Positions 24,600 through 38,229 of a stretch of DNA of 64,000 bases are shown one piece after another; positions within the stretch are counted from its first letter, which is position 1, and every line of letters starts with the position of its first letter. The notes beneath the pieces are model-generated. The model made no database searches. It was not told the origin of the DNA and was given only the letters and a program-made list of their open reading frames with translations. Location: the NCBI RefSeq assembly GCF_006345805.1, contig NC_043006.1, positions 6,820,001-6,884,000 on the forward strand. Reading direction: 5' to 3'. Origin of the DNA: Octopus sinensis. Its lineage: Eukaryota. The translations under genes and the position numbers were made by a program.

Positions 24600-24745
24600 G
24601 TGAACCATTTGTCCGCCATTCGCTATGATAGATCGCTAGCCACTATACATTTTCTATTTTCTCCTCCTGATTCTTTCTGTGTTCTTTTCTGTGGGAGAGC
24701 GTAGGCTCGAAACGTCAAGGACTTTTTCACTTCCCGAAACACTGG
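24600..24745 (+). mobile_element. PLE pseudo-LTR (family 2) with HHR-like motif at 24685-24720
   Basis: TTTT-CTGTGGGA-GAGC(GTAG)GCTC-GAAA-CG-TC-AAGG, directly downstream of the PLE ORF at 23300-24400. Confidence 0.75.
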
Positions 24746-25166
24746 ACAGAAACATAAATCAAAAGATGAATTGTTTCGATTGTTGCTTGAAAAATTAGGT
24801 AGAAATTCCACACGACACAATCACAAAAGCTCATCAGTTCAATGCCAAAAAGAGTTTCTGAATTAAAAACTGCAGAGGTTATGTCAGCTAAAGTATGTAG
24901 TCCTACCTATCGATTACATTTCAATTATTCGCTTTGCATATTAAATAAATAAAAGATTTTGGAAATTAAAGGTGTCTATTTACTTCCTGCATGTCTGTAT
25001 ATATATAATATATATATATATATATATGAGATAGAGATAGAGATAGAGAGATACTGATGATGATGTAAATAAGCACGATTGGGATTTTATATAAAAACAT
25101 ACATCGCTATGGGCTCCGTGTGGGCAGTCATCTAAAAGGTTTTGTGCATCTTGATGCTGACATAAG

Positions 25167-25242
25167 TTCCTTGTTTTTCCTGATGAGAAGGCGGCATAAT
25201 GCACCTCTTATTCCTTCGAAACATATGTCAAAAATAAAGGAA
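25167..25242 (+). ncRNA. Type I hammerhead, canonical core, GUC site, long stem I
   Basis: TTCCTTGTTTTT-C-CTGATGA-GAAGG(loop)CCTTC-GAAA-CATATG-TC-AAAAATAAAGGAA. Core 25180-25186; predicted cut after C25229. Confidence 0.85.
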
Positions 25243-25284
25243 TTTTGCTAATTCGTCGTTCAGCTCCATTCTTTCATTTATTTG

Positions 25285-25360
<76 letters not shown>

Positions 25361-26181
25361 GTAAATATTTGTAGGCATTTACATATACATAGAGAAGAAA
25401 CTGAAAATACTGAAAAGATGAATTTTCATGTATAAACTTATAGATCATTCGATCACTATTACGTGTTTGATATATTGATCATCTCTGGATCTTAACTGTT
25501 GATTCTCTGTCCCTCTCCCCCCTCTCTCTCTTTCTCTCATGGTTAAGAAACTGCTTCGAAATAATCACTATTTTTGACATAATGTTTCACAAACACTTAG
25601 CCAATAAATATATAATCATTTATATGATATCGCATATTATTTCCAATGCATTGTGTTCAAGTAAATATACCTCGAAATCATAATGTGTTACAAAATAAAT
25701 ATCTAACCATAAAATAATATATTCATAATTGTCATGGCTAAACAGAGTTTGATCAACAGTAATAATGAAGACATACTAAATACTTTACATGTACTTAACA
25801 TTATCTCTTGAGACCGAACTCTAAATAATTTTAGATGAGTTATCTTTTCTAGTTGAAATAGTTTCCTTTCATGTAGGTTTTTGCGCAAACCATAAATAGT
25901 CTCTTTACATTCAGTAAGTCTTTCAAATATTTATCAGCCGCGATAGGTAAAAATGTATCAATTTTGATTATTGCTTATGTATTGATTATTCAAAATATTC
26001 ATGGCTGTAGATTGAGATTATATCATTGTAACTATTCCAGTTGATACTAGATTATTATCAAAGGTACTTTACAGTATTCTCCATTGAGAAATGTAATCTA
26101 TGTGAGCGGATAAATAGTCAGACCATAATGCTTTTGAATCTCAAGCGGTAGATTAGTTGTGTCATTCTATACCTACACGGT

Positions 26182-26567
26182 GTGGAGGCGCAATGGCCCA
26201 ATGGTTAGGGCAGCGGACTCGCGGTCGCAGGATCGCGGTTTCGATTCCCAGACCGGGCCTTGTGAGTGTTTATTGAGCGAAAATACCTTAAGCTCCACGA
26301 TGCTCCGGCAGGGGATGGTGGCGATCCCTGCTGTACTCTTTCACCACAACTTTCTCTCACTCTTTCTTCCTGTTTCTGTTGTACCTGTATTTCAAAGGGC
26401 CGGCCTTGTCACTCTCTGTGTCACGCTGAATATCCCCGAGAACTACGTTAAGGATACACGTGTCTGTGGAGTGCTCAGCCACTTACACGTTAATTTCATG
26501 AGCAGGCTGTTCCGTTGATTCGGATCAACCGGAACTCTCGTCGTCGTAACCGACGGAGTGCTTCCCC
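26182..26567 (+). mobile_element. tRNA-derived SINE type A, full length, 11-bp TSD
   Basis: A box TGGCCCAATGG and B box GTTTCGATTCC. TSD ACCTACACGGT at 26171-26181 and 26568-26578. Confidence 0.92.
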
Positions 26568-29132
26568 ACCTACACGGTCTACTCTTACTTATATGTTCGT
26601 GTAGCCCAGGCCTTACAGACTGTGAAATAAATGGCTATAACCTTAGACAGGAGGGAAGAATAATGGTGTGAGCTCACACCCATCGTCGTTAAACTCTCTT
26701 CTATCCCTGTACAAGCTTTATTTGCAAAGGATTAACTTTGCCTTATTCTTCACAACATAAACCTTTATACAATTTGAAAACTCTTATATTTAGAAGATAT
26801 TATTGCACATATTTAATTTGCAGATATCATATCGATGGTGTGTCAAATAATCATGCTTTGTTGGTTTCGAATAGAGGAAAGAGCTGTGTCTATGGTTTCT
26901 GCACTCTCTCCGAAATCGGCAATATTAATGCCGTTAATGTCTAATCAATTGGAGGGAGGTAATTCCAAAAGTTTGAGTTCTTGAGAAAAATGCAAGAAAC
27001 GTAGTGATAAAATGCAAGACCTGATAAATAATTTTGCGTGACATGCATATAAGAAGAGCGATGAATGATTCGGTGGGCTTGCGTGGTGCTGGCAAGAGAT
27101 CACCCGCCACTGTGGACCAACATCCACCAAAATAGTGGTGAAAGAGGAAGGGAAAACAAGATCTATGTTACTAAGAGGGTTATGCATGTTTGTGTGCAAT
27201 ATACGGAGCAGGATGTATGTGTGTAGGTGTCGAGCAAACGTATTGCTTCAGGTCCGGTAGCACTACACAATTAAACGTTTTGCATAGAACAATGAACAAT
27301 AACATGTATTATTATGTTAAACAATTAAATGTATTATTTGGTTTGTGTCACTTTCTTATTTCAGAGTTGCACTGAATGATTTATTTTCGTAAAAAATTAA
27401 TTCCTATTTAACAAAAAAACATGATGTGGTAGATATTTTCTAGCGGCGTTTTTGAACCTGGCACCCCAAATTGGATAGGGCTAATTGTAAAATGCATATC
27501 AAATAATCAGTTAAATAATCAAAGCAGCTGACCAGCCCAATTACTTACGGATGAACAATACAATTGTGCTTATTCAGAGAGTAAACTGTAGAAAGAAAAT
27601 TAACTTGATAACGGAAAAATTACTGCAGACTTGGAATCACCATTTAGACAAGTTTGGTCTAAATCAAGTGGAAAAGCAAACTAAACAGAAATTATATTCA
27701 AAATCATTGTTCTGTATTTTTGTTCCTTAGGGGAGATTTTCACCTTAATGACAGCTATTGTTCGAAGTGTGTTAGGAATTCTAGTTGTGGGCTGTTCATA
27801 CCTATGGTGATGAGATGTGGTAATGATTTGATTTATTCAGTGTTTGGTGGGTGGTATGTTGCTGAAGAAAGGAACGAAATCGGGGTATTCTGCTGAGTAA
27901 TTGATTGTAAGAGAGTAAAAAAGGCAGCTGGACCTAAAATGTAGCATATATCTAGGCATAACTAGCACTTTAAGTTACCTTGAGGTTAGAATTCTTTACA
28001 TTTTGTATTAGAGTTTATTAATTTAACTAGCCTCTTAATTAGTAAACACGTCGTCGTTAAACACACTTGAACGGATCAAGAATAAAGAATTACGAACTTG
28101 CAACTTTTGATAGAAATAACACATAAGTTTCCTCAAATTCCACCTTAGTCTCTGATGAAGAAAATCAAAACACATTGTGGTGTTATATGTTGAAATCTAT
28201 GACAGACATGGCAGATTATGGAATTTCTTGGGAAACAAGTTTGATCTCGTGAACAATTCACAGTTGTTCCTAAATAAATATGTATGTCTAGTTGTGCTGT
28301 GCTGAATTATCGTAGATAAGGCAATTCTCATTTTAATCTACGTTAGTTTGTTACTTAGTAAACTGATGTCTTGTTTTATATATTGATGGCATAAGCACAC
28401 CTCTATTAATTGCTAAATTTTCATTTAATGAAATAGAGAAATGAACGTATTTTGTGTCGCTAACACGAAGACAGTAGAATGTAGAAAACTTTTCCTGACT
28501 AGATACTTACCGAATTCTTATTATGATTTAACTCCTAATATTTAATTTCAGTAATCCCTACTCATTACCGCTCTGCAGAAACCATCTCATATTCGTCTTC
28601 ATTTAAATTTCAAAAGAAATAAAAGAGACAAAGAATAACTTGGCCAAAATGAAATTGAATATGGTTAAGTAGATTGAATTATTCACAAGAGATCTTAGAA
28701 GGTATTGAATGCATGTGTTTCTCTGATATTTGAGAACGGAGACATTCAAATACATTGAAACTATCGCATCAATTTGTAGTTAACTATAATTTAAAAAATA
28801 TTTCTCTAGCTTCCAGTCGAAACAGATATTAGTTGTCTTAACCAAGCCGGTGCCGAAATTCTACTGATGTTACAAAAGAATTCAAAAGTGATTATTTTAA
28901 TAGACGCACAGAAGCGAGAATTCTTTCGACAAATGTTTAACAGTTTGTTGAACTAAGATAATAATGGTATTTCAAAGACATTAGCGGAGATATACGGCAG
29001 AATGGAATCTGTGATGGCGGATATTCAGAAAAAAAACGACTGTTAAACCATTGTCTAAAAATTAATCAAATGTGAAATCTTGAAGCTGTCTTCGTTAAAC
29101 AATTACAATGAGTAAATCTTTGTTGGCAAAAT

Positions 29133-29172
<40 letters not shown>

Positions 29173-30534
29173 CGTGTGTGTGTGTGTGTGTGTGTGAGTG
29201 TTGGAGGCAGAATGCCTGAATCGTAGAGGAAAAGGAAAATAAGAGAATTAGCTTTGAAATACTGAAAAATAGTTTCTGAATTGAAAAATACAGATAAAAA
29301 TTATATCTAAATTCATACCTCAAATAAAATATCTTACACCCACGTGTAATAAACTTATGAATAATTTACTTGCTATCAATCTTAACAAGAAATCATATGG
29401 AACACCACACGAAAGGCAGAATAAAATTTTTAATGATTAAATACATTTGTAAAATACGGCAAAACCGTTAAATATAATGGTACGATATTTGATAAAGTGA
29501 AAATAAATAAGCTAGGTAGAAAGATAAATTTAACTGGATAATATATAAACTTTACAAGAGATTGTATTGCATGAATTACACGATGTTTCTGTAAATTAAA
29601 GAATATTTTCGAAACAGAATAGAGATCAGTATTTAAATGCAACTCAGTATTACAAAATGATATACCATAATATGTAGGTTATCTTGAAATAGTATGGAGT
29701 AGTATGTGCAAAGAAATCAGATTTAACATAGAAATAAAATCTAGTTAATTGAAACATCGAAAAGAAATGCATCATCACAAAAACCTCCTACAAAGATAAC
29801 ATTTCTTATCTAATAAATATCACGGAATTCACCAAAATTGAAACCGATGATAAACCCAGTAGGAAATGCCTAAGCCGTGTATGAAGGTCACTTCTTTCTA
29901 ATGATTTACTAAATACAGAATAAAACCGAATATTCTACAATTTTCTACTGACTATATATTTCACTGTGATATATTTTAAATGATTTTGTCATCAATATTA
30001 TTCACATAAAGTTCTAGGAAGTCGATGAAATTTAGAGTTAATTTGTAAAATATCTTATTAGATGGTAGACTCAAAAGAACCATTTGCTTAATTAATTTCT
30101 CATTTTTGGAAATGCATATTCATGTGACAAAAATATGATATATAGTTCAATGGCAATGCCAGTTAGTAGAAAGTTAGTGTGTCGCTCAACATGAAATTTA
30201 TAATTTTTACCTACATTATTTTCATTCTAATATTTTAATTTTACACTTAGCATATGTAATGGAGGTTAATAAAGTATAGCTTTTGTGGCTCCATATCAGT
30301 CTGAAAGAAATGGAAGTGCCACCTACAAGTGGAATTTCCAGCGTACTCTATTTCGTTGCAGCCATAAATTCTGAATGTCTGCAGACGAATAGTTTTAAGT
30401 TTTAATACATAATGAATCAGGATTCTTATTCGTTCATTAAGTTTCAATTAGAATATATTTTGAGATAACAAATAACGCGAACTGCATTGTTGCATCTCAG
30501 GAAATCAATGAACCATACAATATTTATGACATGT

Positions 30535-30650
30535 AAGGATTGGCACTCCGTCGTTTACGACAACAAGAGTTCTAGGTAATACGATCAACGGAACAGCCTG
30601 CTCATGAAATTAACGTTGCTGAGCACTTCTCAAACAAGTGTGCCCTTCAG
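30535..30650 (-). mobile_element. SINE A/E 3' tail fragment
   Basis: gcactccgtcg..acgac..gatcaacggaacagcctgctcatgaaattaacgt matches the reverse complement of the 26470-26565 tail. Confidence 0.75.
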
Positions 30651-30732
30651 TTCTAGCTCTCTTCTGTTGTATACAGCTGTGCTTGGAAGGAACTTGTGTA
30701 GCGCGTGATCACTGACGCAAAGTTACAGATGA

Positions 30733-30984
30733 AAAATACGTTCTCAAAATTAGCATGACGCTGAGATTTTTGAGAGCAAGACAAGAAAAGGAAACAAACA
30801 AAGCAGTTGATTCCATCCCTTTAGATTTCGCCATTAATAATTAAATAATTATTAGTGGCTCATCATTCCACTGGTGACCCACTAATGAGCCACAAGTAAT
30901 TATTTAATTTAGAATTAACTGCTTTGTTTGTTTCCTTTCTGCTCGCAAATATCTAGCGTCATGCAAGTTTTGAGAACATATTTT
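30733..30984. mobile_element. MITE-like foldback element with long imperfect inverted repeats
   Basis: aaaatacgttctcaaaattagcatgacgct..ggaaacaaacaaagcagtt..aattaaataatta..gtggctcat is mirrored on the right. No coding capacity. Confidence 0.75.
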
Positions 30985-31154
30985 ATGTGGTAGGATGTTT
31001 TGGCGTTTATTTCCAGCATATTAGGAAGTCACCTAGTGGTCTTTCCTCTTATCTATGTATTTAAATATAATTTGTAGTCTTCGGATATTTTTAAAGTATG
31101 CTGGCCACTGGTTTGAATTAACATTATTCAATAATATTAATTTCTACCCTCGTT

Positions 31155-31349
31155 ATTTCATTTGATAGATCGTTAGCCACCAAACCTTTCTCTATTGTCT
31201 CTCCCTGTTTATTTTTGTGTTCCTTCCTGTCGAAGAGTGTAGGCTCGAAACGTTAAAGACTTTCTCACTTCCCGATCGTTAGACTAATACACCTGTTTGT
31301 TGTTTATAAATACCTGTTTTCGTCTTGTTTTTTTTTTTGTAAATTCTCG

Positions 31350-31352
<3 letters not shown>
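31155..31352 (+). mobile_element. PLE pseudo-LTR (family 2) with HHR-like motif at 31223-31258
   Basis: CTTC-CTGTCGA-A-GAGT(GTAG)GCTC-GAAA-CG-TT-AAAG; ends in (TA)n. Confidence 0.75.
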
Positions 31353-31392
<40 letters not shown>

Positions 31393-33759
31393 TATATGTA
31401 TATGTGTATATGTATGTATGCATGTATGTATGTATATACTGACAAATAGATTTATCTAAACCATCCGAACGATGGAGTAGGTGCTGCTGACTAGTTTGGA
31501 ATCAACAAATGGAACTGGTCCAGTGCTCCTAGCTTTGCTCTTGGGGCTGCTACCTCGTCTGTCAGCGTATATAAACCTCGCGCTACATGCAGCCTTAAGG
31601 ATTTTAACTTGTATTTCTTGGAGTATAGGTGCTTTTTGGCATCCTCATTTTCAATTAGTGACATTTAAACTTTAGATTCATGGCGCCTAACTGCTTATAT
31701 AAATTATAGGTATATAAATATATGGCTGTGTTTATGCATGAATATGTTGAATACATGAATGCTTATGGAGGACGGCACACGCAATCTCATTTAATATCAT
31801 AATTTAACTAATAAGAAAAATGTAAAAGAAAAAATAATCAATACTCAAATCTTCTCATATTCAAATTTATCAGCAAAGCTAGAAAGCAATTGAATAGAAC
31901 AGAATTTGATATCATTGAAATAGCTTTAAATTTCCATTTCCATGCAAAAAATAACGTGAGATATATTAAATCGGGGAAATATCTATATACGGGTGTGCGC
32001 TTTTGTGTGCTTGTTTGTATGTGTGATTCTGTATGTCTAAAGTAATTTAATTTGCGTTTATATGATTGAAGTACACCAGTAATATTCATATGGAAATGGT
32101 CATGTTTCAAAATCAAATGAGACTTTTAGCATTACTATAATACAAATTATCTTAGTTTAATGTGGATGTGTGTGGATATGCGTGGATAAAATGTGGGTAA
32201 AGTTTTCTTCTATTTTAAAATCATCAGCTCTTTAAACTTAATTAGATAGTATATACCAAATTTCAAAGGGTATAATTTTATTAATAAACAGTACAGCTTC
32301 GATATATCGTCCTATTATCGACTATATATTTCATAATTCATAAGATCTTTTCTTTTTTGTTGTTATATATTGCTTATACTATTGTAATTCTGAAGGAGAT
32401 GTTTCTAATTGTCTCAGAACGCGTAACTGATTCAATTGTTCCCAAATTTAACAGATTGATGAGAAAAATATTGTATCGTTTGTGTCATACTACTCTCAGA
32501 ATGACATGAGTTAACTCATGGTATTCTCATCTATTGAACGCTCATATTTCTAATGTATTGCATTTTTTTTTATTTAACGCTGCCTAAATGTGCAACGATG
32601 TGTCGTTTTGAGTTTCGTAACGTATTATTGGTATGAATAAACATTTACCATTAAGTAGTCCCCAGATGTAATACGACTCTAATTCATTCTTTTATTAGGA
32701 TTCAATCAGAATTTCTTTTGGCATAATAATTAAAGAAAGGACATTGGTTTGGATCACTCGGGAAATCAATGAATCAAACAATATTTATTGCATGTTAGGA
32801 TGATGAATGTATTAAGCCATTTGACGTTTTCCATATGAGAATTATACGCTAATGGATACGCAGCGAAAATTACTTCGGGAGTGTATATGTTTCAGCTAAT
32901 TCCGTTCTTTGATTTCGGTTAGATTTTACAGTACGTAGTCAACGAAAATCTCTTCCAATATAGAGTAATTTCATTGATTGATATTTGTATGGGTTATCTA
33001 TTAACGACAATGAAACAATAGATATGGGAAATTCGAACCTGTCTCATGGCACGTTATACATGCAAGTACGTATGATTCTTTAGAGTGCTACACTCTTGAA
33101 AGACTTATCCATATATAATGGTCATCAACGATCCTTCACTTACGAATTTATTACTCTTGAGAAATCCACCATTATTCGAAACGCCGTTTGCGATCATGAT
33201 GGTATTTGTCTTAATGTTATAACAAAATTGCGAACTAATAAGGGGCAGTGTAGTTATGAAATATTCATGATTATCCGTTAAAAATCAAAGTTTTAAAACA
33301 AAACATAAATTGAATCGATTTTTAATATCATTTAAATAACTTCTAATCTCTTGATAAATACAAACCAATTATTCAATAATAGCTACATTGATAATGATAT
33401 GAAATAAAAGCGAAATAAAAGATTGTTAATAGCCAGTAAATAGTTGAATGAAGGTTTAGCTAACTTTTTGTTATTTCTTTATTCATTACATTTAAATCAG
33501 TGAGAAATTTTCAATAAATAATATTCTTCTTCTGAGAATAACCTTTGCTTGATTATAAATATAATGGTAGCGCCATTCACACTCATTTCTTCCTGCTGAA
33601 TGCATTAAGGTATTTACCTCAAATAAATCTCTAAAATATGTTATTATCTGTAAATCATGCCTTATTGAACTCAAATTATAACCGTAAATTATTCTGTTAC
33701 TCCATTTCTGTTTTGAAGAATTCCTTCGGGTTAAGGATTCCAAGACCCACAAACGGTGG

Positions 33760-34035
33760 ACAGCAGCAGATTTGTAGGGTTTGCAAGGGCTGCTCAGTAA
33801 ATCGTCAGTTCTATATAGACAGCATGTCCTGCAAAGCAGATGTCATTTCGATCAGCACCAACAGAAGGAGATACAAATGGAAATTCGTCGGAACAATCGA
33901 GGACCCACCTAAAGCTGGGCTGAATAATCGCAGGTCTTACTTTAGGATCAAGATGCGTAACGTCACAACGTCAACCAGTTGTATGGCGATTAAAAGAGAA
34001 TCACTTCATATAACATTAACTGGTGGAGGTTGCAA
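33760..34035 (+). mobile_element. Penelope-like GIY-YIG endonuclease remnant
   Basis: ICRVCKGCSVNRQFYIDSMSCKADVISISTNRRRYKWKFVGTIEDPPKAGLNNRRSYF resembles the PLE pattern C..C P.NG.C..VVYKA.V..Y.G.T..FK.R..NH.SSF. Confidence 0.6.
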
Positions 34036-34129
34036 ATATTAGGCCGTGTCTAAATGGAAGACGAAGATACAAATACACACACACGCTCTCTCTCTTTCTC
34101 TTACACACACATTTATAAAAACAAAACCG

Positions 34130-34280
34130 CGTGTGTATCGTTGGCGATTTTTTTCCCTCCGTCTTCCCTTCCTTGGACGTTTCCTTTTCCTATATTTCCT
34201 GAGCGTCTAATAACACTATACTTGTTCCACGTCCTTGCGTTGTTGTGTTTTCTCTTTGTATTTTCATGTTTGGATTAACT
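34130..34280 (+). mobile_element. PLE pseudo-LTR family 1 copy with the HHR deleted
   Basis: Matches 21630-21819 except that the segment between two TTTCC motifs, which holds the ribozyme, is missing. Confidence 0.75.
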
Positions 34281-34305
34281 ATATATACATACATACATAC
34301 ATACA

Positions 34306-34358
<53 letters not shown>

Positions 34359-34364
<6 letters not shown>

Positions 34365-34472
34365 ATCACGTGACCGACCAGACCATCAGATGTTGTTACA
34401 CATCGCTGGTCACAATGCGTTCGCATTGTTTTAGCCTTCGAATGACGCCACCCCGCTGGCTAAGCGAGCAAG

Positions 34473-34477
<5 letters not shown>
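34359..34477 (-). mobile_element. Isolated SINE tail (same as 48975-49087) in a (TA)n array
   Basis: cacgtgatcacgtgaccgaccagaccatcagatgttgttacacatcgctggtcac.. is the reverse complement of the 48796 SINE tail, apart from an internal indel. Confidence 0.8.
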
Positions 34478-34540
<63 letters not shown>

Positions 34541-34544
34541 ATAT

Positions 34545-34597
<53 letters not shown>

Positions 34598-35193
34598 GAT
34601 AGAGATATAGATATAGATATATATACATACGCGTGTGGTGTGTGTGTATCTGTGTGTCAGTGGGTGTGTCCGTGTGTGTCAGTGTATGTGCGTGTATTGA
34701 AGTATGGATTGTTTATTTGTATCGTTGGCTTGACCTCCTTTATCTCAATCTTCGTTTCTAAATATGTCCGCGCATGCGTACCTATATGTACTCATTTCCA
34801 CAGACATATGCAAGCACACGCACACGCTCACATACAGACAGATACACAGAGAGACAAGTAGATTGATAGATAGATAGAGAGATGTATTTGTAGATGTGGA
34901 AACATGTGTATGTATACAGTCATAACCATAAACATTCACACACAGTTGAATGTGTATATTATACACACATTCCTACATTTAGACATGCACACATGTCCAT
35001 TGTATAATATAAACAGATTATATATGACTTCATTCACGTATATAACTAATTAAATGTCAGTATAATCCCCTTATCAAGATTTAAAGGCACAAATCAGAAA
35101 TAATTGTCGAATAAATGTACGTTTATCTATGCGTGTATCTATCTGTGTCTGTATATCTGTATACAGTCATGTTTTATATGTAACTATATACTC

Positions 35194-35256
<63 letters not shown>

Positions 35257-35639
35257 TTATGTATTCAGCCATTGGTGACTATATCACCACGTGACTGACT
35301 TGTTCAATAGATTATCTACTTACGATTGTACTTCTAAGTTACACCACACTGCGCAGTCCTATGACACGTACGTATATAACACATACCAAAATACGCATAC
35401 ATATCGCAAGAATGCACAAATAGAACATGAACAGAAGCAAGAAGATGAAGAATAGCAACAACCACGACCATCTGTTGATGCATTTGCTTAAGTAATTAAG
35501 CGTGTATTCATTTAGAATCGCGGTCGATGTATCGATTTTAAGGGGCACTCCGAGTAAATTAATCTTTTATTTGATACTTTATGAGAAAATGAAATTTCAA
35601 AGTGGAAATTCCATGTTGTATACGCGTTCTAACATTTAC

Positions 35640-35840
35640 CGTTTTACCTGTTTCAGTCATTTCACTGTGGTCATGTTGGAGCACCGCCTGTAGTCGAGCA
35701 AATCGACCCCAGGACTTATTCTTTGTAAGCCTAGTACTTATTCTATCGGTCTCTTTTGCCGAAACGCTAAGTTACGGGGATGTAACCACACCAGCATCGG
35801 TTGTCAAGCGATGTTGGGGGAACGAACACAGGCACACAAA

Positions 35841-35882
<42 letters not shown>

Positions 35883-36078
35883 CACACACACACACACACA
35901 CACACATACATATATATATATACATATATACGACGGGCTTCTTTCAGTTTCCGTCTACTAAATCCACTCACAAGGCTTTGGTCGGCATGAGGCTATAGTA
36001 GAAGACGTTGCCGAAGGTGCCACGCAGTGGGACTGAACCCGGAACCATGTGGTTCGTAAGCAAGCCACTCTTACGCCT
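35640..36078 (-). mobile_element. tRNA-derived SINE type C with internal (TG)/(TA) microsatellite
   Basis: Near-identical to 42514-42938 and 61827-62204. Head B box GGTTCAGTCCC. Confidence 0.9.
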
Positions 36079-36303
36079 GTTCAATAAAATTTAGTAGCGT
36101 TGTTTATTTCACACACATATCATAAAGTATAGTAGTGCGTGTGGACGTATGCGTTCGAGAGATTGCATGATTGTGCGTGAACATATATCTATAGGTTTAT
36201 ACACACACGCACGCACACACACTCACACACAAACACCTATGTATATATGGATGTACATATGCATCTATATATATATATGCATATATACATGTATGTATAT
36301 ATC

Positions 36304-36537
36304 TATTTCTTTACTACCCACAAGGGGCTAAACATAGAGGGGACAAACAAGGACAGACAAAGGGATTAAGTTGATTACATCAACCCCAGTGCGTAACTGG
36401 TACTTAATTTATCGACCCCGAAAGGATGAAAGGCAAAGTCGACCTCAGCGGAATTTGAACTCAGAACGTAACGACAGACGAAATACCGCTAAGCATTTAG
36501 CCCAGCGCGCTAACGCTTCTGCCAGCTCGCCGCCTTA
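36304..36537 (-). mobile_element. tRNA-derived SINE type B, full length
   Basis: Head ggcggcgagctggcagaa..gagttcaaattccgc..gaggtcgactttgcc; tail ccccttgtgggtagtaaagaaatag. Confidence 0.92.
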
Positions 36538-36929
36538 TACATATATACATGTATGTATATATCTATGTATGTTTGTATGTACACATGTATATGTAGATAG
36601 GTGTATGGATGAATAAATATGTGTGTGTTGGGTGTATAAAAGCATGTGTGTGTGTGAGCGCGCGCGCTTGTCCTTATGTGGATGAAAATTTTAACGTTCA
36701 CCACACAGAACAACGCTTTACACTTTCACATCATATTGACAGGCAGCATCGATGCCTGCCAAGATAATTCCAGCATTCCACCCATCCTTGCATATCTACG
36801 TGTGTGCTCATGTCTCTATATATATATACACACATATATTTATTTACAAAACTAAAAATTTATCTATCTTTTTCTACATACACACCTACATACAGACACG
36901 CACACACGTACATATGTGTGTGTACACGC

Positions 36930-36946
36930 ACACACACATACATACA

Positions 36947-37004
<58 letters not shown>

Positions 37005-37210
37005 ATACATATATATATGTATATATATATATGTATATACATTTATAAGAATATACATTTGCATCTTATTTGCATATACCTCTCTCACTCTATATATATA
37101 CATATATATGAACACATACTCATATATCTATATATACATTTATATGAATATACATTTGCATTTTATTTGAATATGCCTCTATATATATATCTGTATATAT
37201 ATATTCGTGT
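36930..37210. repeat. (TA)n/(CA)n microsatellite
   Basis: Seen directly. Confidence 0.9.
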
Positions 37211-38229
37211 GTGTGTGCATGCGGGTGCGTGTATACATATATTCAGGCGTGCGTGTAATGTGAGTGGGAGCGTGTGTGTTTGTTCTCCCTCGCGCACATA
37301 CATGCTCTCTTACGCAAGCACATATACGTTCATAATTACAGATAAACTTCATCCCTGACTCGAGTACTGCTGAAATATGAAAAAAGATCATCGGGCATAT
37401 TTAAAAAAAAAACAACAACAACAACAGCAGCATCAAAAGTATTTTAAAACACCAGAGAAGTAAGAGCATCCAAGTTAAGAAACTAGACAGCCATTTAATC
37501 AGTTTGTAATGTAATGTGTTCTATTCAAACAAATGCAATTTAATTTAATGGAAACGAAGCCGTTATAAACCTGCTCTGAAAGCGAGTTACGTAGAAATGG
37601 CGGTTGCTGCAAAATCAACAAGATGGAAAAAGCCAATAAGTATATGACACTCGGCAAGTAATAACCTAAGCAATAACAAAAGCACTTAATGAGCGTGAAT
37701 AGTATAACATTAAATATATCGTATTATATCAAGAGACTGACCCTGTTATAACAAGTACAGGAGTAACTATCTGAATGCCAGCTTCCAGTCTTTCGGAACA
37801 ATGCAAAATTTAGATGAGATGGCATTCTCTAACAGAAGGTTGCTAGTGACGTAGGTCTGTTTAGATTAAAAGCACTTAATATTTGGAAATCATTAAGCGT
37901 TCATCTGGACAGCGGATCAGATATCATTCAAATCTTTATTCAGCTCAGTTCCGTTACCTTTTCGATTTTGATGTATGATTTGTATTATAATATTTTTCAT
38001 GTGTGTAATGCAAAACACGGTAAAAGTGTATAGTACTACCCTCCTATCCCCGACTCTCTCTCTCTCTTTCTCTCTCTCATTCTACAAATATATCCGTATG
38101 TATACATACATATATACACATACACACACTCAGACAGACACACACACGTACACATATATAAATTTGTTTACCTGTACATATATACGAACAAAACATTTTA
38201 AAGAAGTAAATGAGAAACCCCAATAACTC

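Noticed and set aside
28145-28185. GTCT-CTGATGA-AGAAAATC..CACATTGTG
   Set aside because: No G12 and no stem I partner; at best a very decayed relic.
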